A DNA stretch of 64,000 bases, from contig NW_027271309.1 of assembly GCF_040938485.1 (NCBI RefSeq), positions 62,001-126,000 on the forward strand, in the 5' to 3' direction. The notes beneath the pieces are model-generated. The model made no database searches. It had not been told where the DNA came from and worked only from the letters and a program-made list of their open reading frames with translations. The translations under genes and the position numbers were made by a program. The DNA is from Diadema antillarum (lineage: Eukaryota). Below are positions 1 through 13,420 of this stretch, piece by piece. Within the stretch, counting starts at the first letter, position 1. Every line of letters starts with the position of its first letter.

Positions 1-1235
1 ATGAGTAGTGTAGGTTTGTTTTCCATTCATATTTCCCATATTTAGATTGATTTTCATGGTGCAGTTTTCCCTCAGTAGAGCTCCAAATGCATTTTGAAAC
101 TAGAGAGGGGCCGTCAAAGGCGGCAGACCCACGCCTTGTACAAAGTCGGGGTAAACATACTGTGCATTCGGTCATCTACCAGAATTCGGTCACTTAATTG
201 CCAGTGTCCTTTATCACCAGCCAGTGCGTTCTACCAAAGATCGTACACTGAAGTGTACGATCTTTGGTTCTACAGTCACATCACACGCAAATCACATCAT
301 TTCACATACGGTAACACTCATTCACCACAGGAAAGTCCTTTAGTCTCCTCCAAAAATCCATCGAAAATCCCAAATTCCACCGTCAAAAGTGCAGATTCGG
401 AACTTTTCCAAGCGCGCGCGAATTAAGTCCAGTTTTAAGAGTATTGTCTACGCGACGGGTCGCCGAAAAAGCGCTAAAAATCGAGAAATACGCCGTTTTC
501 TTGCGGGATATTCTGCTTATAGCAAGCCGAGAGTGTGTTGATATCAAAGGTCGTATGAGTGTACGATCTTTGATGGTATCCACAAAAGCGCAAAAGAAAA
601 ACAAAATTTACGTACCCCCTAGGCAATTACCCCTATGATTAGTGTCTACGGGAATTATTCAATGCAAGGGTTAAATGCAAATGTCTACTGCACCAGTATT
701 CGGTCACCAACGAGCGCCGCAACGTCCCCGATGCTATTTTGCACCAACAGGGTAGAGCGCGATGCATTTTCAGCGGCCTTGCACACGCATTGACATTGAG
801 CGCGCATATCGTGCAGTGTGACTGCGACCGAGCAAATGCTCCTCCAACGAAAAAACACAATCAATTTTAATTTGAAAAATCATCAAAATACGGGCCAGTT
901 TGTGACGACGGAGAACGAACTTTCATAAATCCAGAAGGACATAGTCCTTCAAATAGGCCTAAACGTAAATTTCGGAATTCTTACGAACATTTGAGCAGCG
1001 AAGTCCGATCGTTTGGGAGTTTATGTTTTCGTATGGTAGCGGAAAATCGCAAAGTGAGAAACGGGAAATTTTTGGAGTGGTCACTATACCATGGGGTCAA
1101 AACTTAAAGGTCGCACAGAATTTGCAAGGGTCAACCGATTATCACCAAAATCTAATCGATTCTTTCCTGTCATTATCCAGACATCCCCTGAACATTTCGT
1201 GCAAATCCGTTTACCCGTTCTCTTGTTATCTTGTA

Positions 1236-1328
1236 CACAAACAAACAAACAAAAAAACAAACAAACAAACAAACACACAAACAAACAAACAAACAAAAAC
1301 AAACAAACAAACAAACAAACAAACAAAC
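1236..1328. repeat. (AAAC)n microsatellite, imperfect
   Basis: Directly visible. Confidence 0.9.
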
Positions 1329-1449
1329 ATACGGAACCCTTTACATAACCCCCTGCCGATTTTCATCGGCGTGGGTAATTATGCACTTTGAAAGAAGGTC
1401 CATACAGCTGTAAATTGGATGTTGTTGTCGTTTTTCTTTTTCCTATCAG

Positions 1450-4400
1450 GTTAATGGCTACCTGTGGATAGTATACAACTTTGGCTCTGGAGACCACACC
1501 ATCAGCGATGGCAGGAATAGGATTAATGATGGCGTTTATCACGTCATCCACTTCTCTCGGACAGGAGCAAACGCCACACTGCAGGTGGATCAGTATGCAC
1601 AGATCACCAAGATTCCCAGAGGTAAAGATGAGGGGGGTTTCCCCCCCCCCCTCTCTCTCTCTCTCTCCCATCCATCCTACCCTGTGAATAAACTTGCTGA
1701 TGCTCTAGATACCAGACTTGCACAATGTGTCTTGGGATAGCAACTTTAAAGGGGAGGTTGACCTCTGAGGCATAGGTACTCTGGTGTTTCTTTCTTGGAA
1801 TTTGGTTTACTGGTTTGAGACTGGTAGGTGGTAGTGTTAGTTGAGTGATCTTTTTTTGTTTGTAATGGGTGAATGGTATTCTTCAGATGTGAAGGTGTTT
1901 GTCAGTGTAAAAGGTTTCGTCCATTAGGTGTAAGTTTCTCTTTTTTAAAAATCCTGATATGTTACATGCAATTTATCACCACAAAAGCCTGATCAACTTG
2001 TGAAACACTGATTTTTTCTTTGTTATTATTGAATTTCCTAGACTTAATGTTTCCATTGAATTTGTACTACTTAATTTCCAAACCTACAGGAGACACAGTA
2101 AATAGGCTGTCCACCAGATAAACACAGTTCAGACAATGGGTTTGAATTTGGGATGTTCTCAAGTGGTCATAAAATAGATATCTAAGGGCAATGAACAAAT
2201 TCAAAGTGCCACAGGATTATGCTATATGTTGACAAAGTTTTTCAGTCTTCAAAATATGCTTTGATTAAATTCAGTCAGGAGTCAGAATAGTTATCAAATT
2301 TTTCTTGAATGAATATCAAACTTCTTATTTTGCAGCCATGTAATCTCATTTTACAAATTCCTGAGCTTTGATGTCTGCAACTAGATCAGGGCAAGAGGGT
2401 AAAAGTCACTTGGTATTATCATTCACTGGTAGTAGACTAGAATGCATCACATTTAGGTTGTCTTGTTTCTTTTATTAATATCTCCAGGCAAGCAGTCTAC
2501 TTTCTTTGATGACCAGGCAGTGGTCAGTCTTGGTGGGCGGAGCGGTAGCGCTAGGCGGAGACGACGGCGGCGATCGGTGCCTTCTCCGCCCTTTGAGGGC
2601 ATGATGTCCGGCCTCTCCTACAACGACATGCGCATCCTAGACATTGCTGCGTCAGACGACGCCCGCATCCAGATGGACGGGAACGTCATACGGGTGGAAG
2701 ATCCGGCGAGCATCATCTACAGCACACCCCTTCCAACCACCGGAGGGGGAGGAGGAGGAGCTGTCAGCACCACTACCACCAGGAGAACACCGGTCCTGCC
2801 CCCTGTCAGGGAACCAGAGAGTACCCCAAACACTGATCACACCTCACCCACAAAGGTTGGCAGACAGTGGGGTTTATTAAAGACATTCAGATTTGTATTT
2901 AGAAAAATTCTTGGCAAATCTATTCTGATGTGCAACTATCATTTAACATGATCTCTGCTTAACTCTAACAGTTTTGTTTCAAAGTATTCCATTTTGAGTT
3001 AAGTGGCAACTGCAGATTAAAGTTAACAAACTTTGGGCCACCACCCTTTAAGATACCACTGACTTTCCTCCAGAGAAATTAAAAGTAGAGTACAAAACAC
3101 CCATTCTCTGGTGTTGCTGGGTTTGTTTGCTTTTTGTTATCACCATGCTGAGACAAGAGTCCTTAAATCAGATGTTCTCGTCTGCCTCACTGACAACTGT
3201 GTTATGTTCAAGAGTTCTTAAAGAGTTTCATGATAAAGAAACTAAACATACTCTACCTTTTTCTTTCAGGCTTCAAGGCTGTATATGTTACAACAGATGA
3301 TAATCAACTGAATGATCAAGCAGCATTAAGATTTCAGCTGTCATAATCATCAGGCTCAAAACTTTTGTCTCTTTGCAGTAATTAGTAGAAACAACCAGGA
3401 CCTGTCATATTGAAAACCAGCAACATATGGCCATGATAACATTAGACCTTACAAACAGGCAGTGAGACTGAAGTATTCCTTCTTGGAGGGGATCTCAATT
3501 GACCTGATACACAGAGGCAAAATTTGATGATGAGTGTTAGGATGGATACAAAAACAAGACTGTAATATTGGTGTTAATTTTCATCAGTTCAGCCATGAGC
3601 CATCTTGATATGTAGGATTTGTATTTGATGATCATATGTCTATGTATATGGAAGAGTCGAAGCTGCTCAAATCCACAAATATTTTCATATAAGTTTGTCA
3701 AAGAAACACTTCTCGGTGATTTCCTTAAATTGCTTACATGCCTGTGTTTTAGATGTAGGTTTGTCCCATGATTTAGGATTGATAGAGCAACACAAACACA
3801 GTCTGTAATCCAAGTTTTATATACCCCACTCACCAGATCACAATGTCTATAGCCCCGACATCCGATGGAGAGTACCAGACTGATAATTCAGACATCATCT
3901 TTGTACCTGGGTCAGGATGCCTATCAGAGGATGATGAAGACTGTACAAGTCAGAACAGAGGTGAGTGTTAATGGTTGAGAAAAGAGTTTTTAGGTATATT
4001 ATATCTTTATGAGATCTTTGTTCTTCTTTATCCTTTTAACTCATACTTGAAAAAATGAAAGTTTTCATGTTCAAGCTTTGTAAAATTTAAAAGAAAGGAA
4101 TATAAAAAAGTAAACGAGGACTTTCATCAGAAACATCAGTGGCGGATCCAGAGAGGTGCGCACAGGGCGCTCGCCCCCTCTTTATTTTTGGTTAAAACAA
4201 AAGAAATAAAAAGACAAAAATGGGGTGTGTGTGTGCCCCCCCCCCCTTTAATTTTGCAAAGGCGCCTATCCTGTACAGAATTCCTGGATCTGCCCCTGAA
4301 CATAATTCAGTGTGTTGGAAGAGCAGTGAAATGCTTTTTATGAGAAGCAAAAGTTATTAAAATAGGTTTGCATGTCGAATTGTGATACTGGGGTATCATA

Positions 4401-7280
4401 GTTTACCATGATTTTTGCATATACCATACTCGCCATGCTGGTCTGCATTGAAGGATGTTAAATGCATTTGTGGCTGCAGCTATCAAATGAACATGCATCA
4501 TGCTCCAAAAGTGTGCACCATAGCATGCGCAACACAAGAACATCAAGAATGTCTTCAGAGTAGACTGAATAAAAAGAGTCTTGGACAGAGAATAATTGGG
4601 AAAAGTGGCTACAAGTAGCAAATGCATGTTCACTTGCATCCTCAATCATGATAAAGTAATGATTTCTCAAACGAACAGCTTAGTTTCTCCCCTGAAACTG
4701 GTCGTTTTATTGGTAATTCCCATGTTGGCTAGTTCTTATTACTCATATAGATATATGTAGATATTCATATTGATAGAAACTTGGCCCCAAAGACAGTCAG
4801 TGGCTTCCCTACAGCCTTCTTCGATAACTTGAGACAGCCATCTTGTTTAAAAGATTGATGTAAAAATGTGTTATTGTTTTTTTCTTTCTTTTGTTGGAGT
4901 ATGTAGAGCATTTTTAGAAGCCATTGATTTGAAGTATTCCTTTTGCCACAAATGAAATGTTGCAATTGATAGTCATCAAGTTTATGCCATAGTTTTCTCC
5001 CTCAAAACCCTATTTCTCCCCCTAGACCCTTTACATCATGTATATTGCTTTGCAATCAATGATATTTACCACTTTGTGTATATGAGTTTTTAGAAAGGTG
5101 ATTTATGCAAAAAAAAAAAAAAAACTCATGGATATCGGTCCATGCCACTGCATTTTGTGATCAATGTTATCATATGGTTTTAATTCCCCTTTTGTCTGCT
5201 GTACCGGTAATCTTATGACTTTTCAGTTACCACTAGAGGTAAAGTTACCTGCCATTCATATTTGAATTTTGTATTTTTGTTTCAATAGATATTGTGGCCA
5301 GTGTTTCTGTAAAGTGTTTCTTTAACATGAGTTCTTAGTGCTAACAGCATGGGTGGAGAACAGATTAGGAATCTACTCTTTCTTTGTCTCTGTTGTGAAC
5401 ACAGTGTTGGTGAATCTTTTCCTTCAATACAAAGACCAGTAGTCTGTCTTTCTCTTTAGGGGGGTAGCTGGGAGTTACCCGTAGAGTATTGGAGTAATTC
5501 CACTTCTTGGAGATAAAATCAGAGAACTTGTTGTGTAGATCTAGTTACATGATGTTTCAGAAAGAATATGAATAGTAAAAATTGCTGCTGGTATCTGTGT
5601 GTCAGTATTCTTTGCCTTCAATTTCATCTTGCTGTGTTACATCAATGTGACTTGCCATGTCTAAAACATTGTAAGTTTAACATGTGAAGAATGTTTCACA
5701 CATTGTGGTATATTTTCTGAATTCATGGTTTTTGGTTACTGTATATTTTCCATGTATTTTTAGTGAGTGTAATTTTTCCAGATCAGGACTTCCTGATAAT
5801 TTTTGCGAGTGGCTGAATTTGCAGTCTTGGAGTACTGCATTGAACAGAGGAATGTGCATGTGCACGTCCCATTCAAGGCAGGATCAGAATTAATATTATT
5901 GTGTGTTTTAAAATTCATGAAGAGCACCCGACTCACAAAATTTGTAAAAATAAAAAATATATGGCATATACAGTATTTCATTGTATAGGCCATGCCAGTG
6001 TCAAGAGACAAAAGAGTGTTGTAAATTCTTGTGCATGCTTCTGAATTGATATGGTGCCACTTCTGTACACTGACTTTTGTACTGACATCACGTATGACCC
6101 ACTTGTGCTCATTCAAATCTTCTTGTGAATGCTTCATAAATGTGTCATTCATAACATTCATTGCTACGACATCTGTCGCTTGTTTCATTTTACACTAGAG
6201 CTTTGACATCACATCCAGGCAGTGTGCATGTCCTTTACTGATGAAGTGGTAGTGGACTATGGGTATATTTTCTTTAGTTCTTAGCCATGATATAATCACA
6301 TCTGTCCCCAAGATGAGAACTAGACAGATAGATATAGTGAAGTTTGAAAATTTCACTCTAAGAAGAATTGAAGTTAACCAGTAGATATGTGTCAAATATC
6401 TTGTTTCAGTTAAGTTCCTTTATTCCACAAGTAGATTATAATATGTCGTAAAAAAATAGGAAAAGTGCAAAAGACAGATATGTGTCAAAATAGTGATATG
6501 AGTGTAAATATTTGTCATCCACGATGCTGTTCAGTTCAAAAGGGAGCCAATGGATTGAAAACTGATATAACAAGATGCAGAGTAAGAAGGATGAAGCAAA
6601 GAGTTTATCTAAGCCCGGAAATCCAGCAATGTGCCCTTCTTTATTTTCTTACCACTCAGTCACAAAAATATTGATTTACTTCCATTCTTCATCTCACGAT
6701 AGATGACGACATCTTTGGTCCCGAGATAACAGCCGGCACGTCCTCGCCCGTCAAGCCTTCCCCTACCACGCCCGACTCGGGATCATCCATCTCAGTGAAC
6801 CCCCTGCCCCCGTCCAGCACCGAGCAGGGATCGGGCGTGGCCAGCTGCAACGACGACGACGAGGACTGTATGACTGCCTCGGGGGCCGACCCAGCCAGCC
6901 CCAGACCGACAAAGGAGTTCACTTTCACCACAGTCAAGACCAAGGGTGGAACCACAGGCGACGAAAATTCCATCAGTGTTGGAGTAACGCCAAGGCAAGA
7001 GACGACCAAGAACAACAATGGTTTTGACTTTCTTGGCGAGGCTGGACTGGTCGTCGGCTCGGTTGCGGGCGCAGCCATCATCTTTGTCCTAATCATCCTC
7101 GCCATTTACAAGTTCAAGAATCAGAACGAGGGCTCTTACCAGATCAATGAGAGCCGCAACTACGACTACGAAGCGACACGCACCGCGCTATTACCACAAA
7201 CTGCCACGAACGGTACGCTACCCACGAAACCAAAACCTTCATTACCCCCAGAGTATGCAACAAAAGAATGGTATGTCTAG
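1450..7280 (+). CDS. NRXN: Neurexin, 3' part only (LNS6 domain, Ser/Thr stalk, Cys-loops, TM helix, PDZ-binding tail); 5' exons lie upstream of the window
   Basis: Phase-compatible GT-AG exons 1450-1621, 2488-2855, 3837-3960, 6703-7280. They give VNGYLWIVYNFGSGDHTISDGRNRINDGVYHVIHFSRTGANATLQVD (cf. recalled vertebrate [23 protein letters not shown]), PFEGMMSGLSYNDMRILDIAA, GSGCLSEDDEDC, TM GLVVGSVAGAAIIFVLIILAIY, KFKNQNEGSYQINES and C-terminal KEWYV*. Confidence 0.93.
4137..4298. mobile_element. MITE in neurexin intron
   Basis: TIRs CAGTGGCGGATCCAG / CTGGATCTGCCCCTG, flanked by a direct repeat AACAT on both sides. Confidence 0.75.
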
Positions 7281-9029
7281 CAGTAGGTGTATGTAGATGG
7301 TAATGATATAGATAGATCTCCTATGGTTTAATTGTTTTATTACATTTAGCTGCAGTCTTCTTTTTGTATATTTGATGAGAGAGAGAAAAAAAAAGGACTG
7401 AAACACCATAGTTATGATGAGGTATTGAAATCCAAACTACATGTACTCAGCCAGTGTGTGTGTGCGTGTGTGTGTGTGTAAGGGACATCGGCCTCCTAAT
7501 TTTTATATACTGATATGTAACTTGTGTACCAGGTTATGGCAACGACGCTGTTCCTTGCACGAACAACCAGTATGTGTATAAAATTAATTTTACCAATCTT
7601 GCCAGTGTATTTGTGTATTGCAAACATTTCCTATGGTGAGCCTACAGGTAATGAATAAGTTCCCCCAATTGTAATTTCCCTTCAGCTGTGATTTCAATTA
7701 TGTAATTGGTGAGTGATTTGATGCCTGCAGAAGAATGATGAATGCACCAACGACGTACCTGTATATTCCCTCTGTGAATAGGTTGTGCTTAAGAAGTATG
7801 TTATTTCTTATGCTAGTGATTACGAGTTCTAGTTTGATACGATCATGAGTTCCTTTGACCTGATATTGGGCGAGATGGTCCAGAAGACCTTTTGTCTTTA
7901 ATACCTCGTGTGTGGTACATATTCCAGATTGTTTACGTCCAAGGGACTTCGATAAGGAGGGCTTTCAACCCCAACCCATCAGGGGATAAACCCAGAACAC
8001 TAGACAACTTTTTTGTTTAAAGTTGATGTGCTGTGATGAGAAGATTCTTCACGCCTGTAGTAGTACAAATAACGTGCTGTGCGAAATCCATTCAAATCAC
8101 ATGACTGTTTTTGTATTGTGTCTGAATGAAACAGAAGGGTGTAGAAATACATGGACGCTTTGACTAGGGGAAGCAGCATGCATATCGTAAGCTACATGCT
8201 TGCCTTGCAATGACAATGTTCACAGCTCAAGTACTGTATGCCTGCGCGTGTATTTAATATGTCAAACATGTGAGCATTGTCACTGGTCTGTTAATTACCG
8301 TGTGCATCTCATTCTGCACACCAAGCAAAAGACTTACATAGTAGCTGTTGCAAGTTTGACAGAATATCATCAGGTCTGTGTAAAATCTTTGCATGGGCTA
8401 ATCGTGTCTGATGAGTGTTAGAAGTGTACTCTACTAATCCTGTCTAAGGGGAAAACTTTGAAACTACAGCTATGAGTATTTCTATTCTTTTTCTCTTTTT
8501 TTGCAGCATTGTTGCTAGTCCTGGGTCTTGACCAAGAATTCGTATCAGTTTTCTTTGAATTTGTGTTCATCTGAGAAAGAAAAGTAAGAGTCCATGGAAT
8601 AGACATCACTCTAACAGTTGTAGTTTCATGTAATTCGTGTATTTGAACAAATAGCACAATGATAAGTCGTGTACTCAACAGTTCTTGAAGGTATCAGTGT
8701 TTGGCCAATTAATGAAGAATAATAGTGTTTGGTTGTTTGTGTTTGGTTGCAAAGAGTTCTTAAGATGCATGCTGTACACAAAAAAAAGTGTGTGCCCATT
8801 TTTTCTGTTTTTAATGTGAATGTGTGTATGTGTATGTGTGTGTGTGCATATGATAGTGTCTTCTTCTGCAGTAAGCAGGTATGTCATTTGTAACATTTGT
8901 CTTTAAACAAGCAGTTCATCAGATGATGACATAATGATGTGGACATTGATGACAAATAAAACTGAACACGGATTGGCCCACTGGAATGGGAAATGATGAA
9001 AACAGTACAGTAGGCACCCTACACATATT

Positions 9030-9282
9030 CAGGGGCTCGACTCTAGCAGTGGTCTTACGGCCCGTTAAAAATTGATGTCCGGCCAACAGATATCCAAAAA
9101 GGTTTATCTTTTGGTGGCTTGATCAACTTCAGATTTGAAATGGATTGTTTTGGTTCCTTTTTATTTCTGGTCAATTCATTTTCTTCTCCTTTTTATTACA
9201 GGCCACCAAAATTTGAAATTTAAAGATATTAATGGCCTGAATGGGCCACCAGAGGGGGAAAAAAAGTTGGTGTCAACCCCTG
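9030..9282. mobile_element. Degenerate MITE (hAT-like CAGGGG termini) downstream of the neurexin stop codon
   Basis: CAGGGGCTCGAC ... GTCAACCCCTG imperfect TIR; no clean TSD. Confidence 0.55.
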
Positions 9283-12200
9283 CATATATGTGTGAGTAAT
9301 GTACAACCATTTGTATCTACTATCATTTGTGAGACTATTTCTGGAATATTAATAAGTCTCAAGTGTTTGTCAATCCCTACGTACTGTCTCAAGAGAAAGA
9401 CGCTGTGCGTTTGGGGACGTACAGTAGGTCCAAGGAGACTTGGTCATGTGACCAGAGTCCTGTTGCACTTCAAAAGCTCCGTGTGGGCGTGACCGACTAG
9501 TACATCCACTGTCTACTTGTTCTGTTCAGGGTTTCCCGCAATTAAATTAGAAAATTATTACGGCAGATTGTGTACATAGAATAGCTATATATGTCTTGTT
9601 GATGGCTTTCTCTGGTGCTACAAGATGTTTGACTTCAATTCTCCTTCACGCTCTTTTGCTCCTATGTAATGTGAGCTTAAGTGATTAATGTGAGCTTAAG
9701 TATCACCTCCCATTCAACAACAACAACAAAAGTCACTTATGAAGCACCATTTGTAGATAGTAGGTTAAAATCATGTGCATCTCTGAGTGTATTGTCCCAA
9801 TTTTCAATTCCAATTTTCTGTTAGGTCATTACTATCCTCTGATCTGACATCGACTGGTGAAAATGGTGTATTTGCATTTACCTTAAGCCATTGGATGTTT
9901 TTCCTTCTGCCACTTGTGGAAAGAATCCAGATAGTTTGCAAGATGTACCAGAATTTATTCTAAATTATCAAATTTGATAAGTGGACAATGATATAACCAT
10001 TTAGTTAATCAATTGACAGGAAGAAAGGCACAAACATCAAGGCACACTCTTTTCTTTTTCTTTTTTAAGACAATGCTATAATAACTTCAGAATGCATGTG
10101 AAATAGAGCTCCATTGTCTAGTATATCTGACTTCCAAAAACCAAATTATTCAGAAAGTTAAATTCTGGATGTGTTTTGTTTTTTATTGGTTTCCTAGGCT
10201 ACAATATTACTAGTGGGCACAGCTAGGCATGAACTGACATTTTTTCCAGATGTAACAACTTTTGTAGACTGTGCATTTTCTACTTTTCAGCCATTTATGA
10301 CAAGTTCCCTGACTTTACCTTTTGTGCTTTGCTGTTATCCAATATTCATGTCTACTTTGTAAATGCATAGTATATGCATGATAAAAAAAAGAAGAAAAAA
10401 GAAACGAGTATCTTTCACAGCTTATGAATTTGTTAAAGTGTATGATAGAATATGCAGTATTTTGTTCATTACTTTCAGTCGTCTGTTTGTGTCCAATTCT
10501 CTCAGCATGCTTATCAAAAGTAACTAATTAGTTCAAGGCTCAGACAATCTAAATTGCCGGGTGCAATTTAAAAAAAATGAAATTGAATTTGCTGTTGTTC
10601 CAGCTGTTTATTACAAGACGCGATTATTCAAGATTATGTTGTTCTATTTTGTAAAGAAAAAAAATACTTATTGTGTAAATTGGACCTCTAAAGCATTCCG
10701 TTATAAATATCAGTTATATGACATGTTCCGTAGAGATAGAAGACTTAGCTTGAGTATTAGAAGCAGCAGGATTTATATTGGATCTGCTATGAAAAATAAA
10801 CCGACTTATGTAATGTACATACAGATATGTATTTAGTATTGTGAAATATATTAGCCGAAGAATATATCACCGGACAGGGAGACAGAGGTATCTATATTTG
10901 ACAGAAAGTGTAAAGTATTGTTTTGTGGGATTGACTGTGACTTATTTTGTGTTCCAACTTTCATACTTTAACTTTTTTCTTTTGTTATAAATTAAACTCT
11001 GTTTCATGAATGCAAAAAGACTAAGACAGTTTAGGGCCTCCTTTTCTTAAAGGTACTGATCAAAGTATGTTTCTTCTATAAAGGTGTCTTTCCTCCATGG
11101 GACTGAACAGAGAAGATTTATATTATCACAAAAGCATTCATTTTTGTTTGAATTGAAAGACTTGTGAAAGTAGGACTAGGACATATAGACGCATGTATGT
11201 CATGATAAAAGAATGGCAATTTCTCCTCATTTGTAATTACAGTGTGCATGTCCCATCTTATGTGTAGGCATGAATCCAAATCAGATGGCAACAGATAGTC
11301 ATCATATTTATCAAGAAAAAGGTTGGTTAATGTTCTTATACAACTGTAATATATTTCAGGTTCTATTAACTGCATATAACAAAAAATATGACATTCGTAT
11401 TGTCTGTCCACCATGGGACATAAAAACTTCATGAAGGATGGCACTTTCAAATTACTTTGGAGAAGATTCTATCAGGTTGCAATGAAGCATAATGATAAAC
11501 GAAAACGAAGGGAAACTGACGAGAAATTAATATAATTTATTAGTGAAAAATTGAGCAAAAAATGGGATTCTATCATTAAATATGATGATACCAAAAAGTT
11601 CCGTCAAATTCAAACATTAAATCTTTTGACTGCAGTTCCTATGATATGCAGATTCTTCCTGATCTTTCTGAATGTAGATACAAACAGAAGCTTTTAGTGC
11701 AATCCCTTTTAAAACTTCTTGCAAAGATACAAAATTACATACTATTAGAATAAATCTTTCCCCCGGCCACATTACCTGTGGCTATAGCGAGTAGATCCAA
11801 AAGAGGGGTGTCAGAATTTAAAGCTTTCCAACTTTACACTTTGCCTTTGGTAAGTCTACTTGACTTAGAATGTTTCTGTAATGTAGAAGATGTCACCACA
11901 TAGAATGAAGCACCAATTTTGCGGCATGTTTCGATGGAATACTGGCAAAACGTCACAAATGCTTTTCACGTGTGAACCATATACACTGCTGTACTGTTCA
12001 GTTCGTGTACTTTGAGTGTGTGTTAAAGACATCCTTTTTGTAGTATCTCGTGGAAGTACAGCTGTAGGAACGAAAAGTACCGAATGTCTGCAGTTTTTGA
12101 CACGAAAAATGTTATGTTGTCTTTCATGTACCAAATATGATATTTGTGTTTCAAAATTTGATTAATCACTGGAAGACGTGGAAAGCAAAAACTGTGATAA

Positions 12201-12665
12201 AATATTTGTGTGTACATGAATACAAGTTTGCTTCCACAGACTATGTTAAGTGATTTCTTATTGCAATTTGAAAAGAGGTTAAATTTGGATAGCATATTTC
12301 CGTCGAAGGTGAAATAGTTTTACCGAAGTTTGTATCATGTATTGTTTGAAGAGTTTTATTTACTTTTTTTTTTTCGTTTGTAGAATCTTATTTTGATATC
12401 ATCTTTATTCGGCCTCCCAACATTTTCATTATGCAAGTGTAGCAATAAATGTGAATTTGAAAGGAAATGCAAAATCATGTGTCAGACTCTTGCCATTTTT
12501 TTTTTCCTGAGTACATTATTCATTGCATGGAGAAACAAGTTACAACCTTCTATTTCCATTCAGCACTTTCCTACACTACATTAACTTAGTCTATCAGTGA
12601 TCAAAGTTGATGCTTTTTATGCACATATTACTTATTGTATGCATAAGTATATATATTATACATAC

Positions 12666-12696
<31 letters not shown>

Positions 12697-12714
12697 GCAT
12701 ATTATATTTCATTG

Positions 12715-12843
12715 NNNNNNNNNNNNNNNNNNNNNNNNNNNNNNNNNNNNNNNNNNNNNNNNNNNNNNNNNNNNNNNNNNNNNNNNNNNNNNNNNNNNNN
12801 NNNNNNNNNNNNNNNNNNNNNNNNNNNNNNNNNNNNNNNNNNN
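12715..12843. other. Assembly gap (129 N) next to a (TA)n tract
   Basis: Run of N. Confidence 0.99.
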
Positions 12844-13154
12844 TGATCTCCAAGCTCAGACAGACGATACGGGACATTCTGTAAATTGTGTAGTTTTGAC
12901 TCTACTTTGACTTTGTCAGTTTCTCCAATTGAAAATATAAGACATAGGCCCGTACAATGTAGGAGAAATGTGGCAATATCAAATCACTAGTTACCATTAC
13001 TTTGAATTACACACTCTTTTCAATAAAGAATTATTCCCTGATGTATGTATAGGTAAGGTCTGCTACATGAAAGCAAGATTGAGCTCCATAACTTGTAAAT
13101 AGAGTGAGTCTGCTTGTCACTGGAGAGCCGCAGTTATTCACGAGTCTCTCTAAT

Positions 13155-13420
13155 TAATAGACCGTTTACTGACATATTTAAATTTATGGACATTTCTTGT
13201 GTTCTGACGTAGTAAGGAGCCATTCCATTAATCTATACTAGTATACTAGTTTTTGAGATATATATACGTCAAAAACACTTTTCAGTACTTGGAATCCAGT
13301 TTGCATACATTCACAAACACTACCTTGGGCAGACATCGGGGAAGCTTTTAGGTTGTTGAGAAGAGACATTGTCTGGAAGGCAAGCATAAAATTTGAATCT
13401 GTTAGTAAACCGGTCTATTA
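13155..13420. mobile_element. TA-flanked MITE
   Basis: TA-ATAGACCGTTTACT ... AGTAAACCGGTCTAT-TA inverted termini; internal palindrome ACTAGTATACTAGT. Confidence 0.6.

Noticed and set aside
1023-1413. Several ORFs with QTNK/FVCL repeats
   Set aside because: Translations of the (AAAC)n microsatellite in a neurexin intron.
1622-2487. Vertebrate-type SS4 cassette exon in the neurexin intron at the SS4-equivalent position
   Set aside because: The AG acceptors I tested (near 1887, 2090, 2336) all hit in-frame stops within a few codons; no 90-nt cassette is visible.
6689-7105. 138-aa minus-strand ORF
   Set aside because: Antisense shadow of the GC-rich last neurexin exon.
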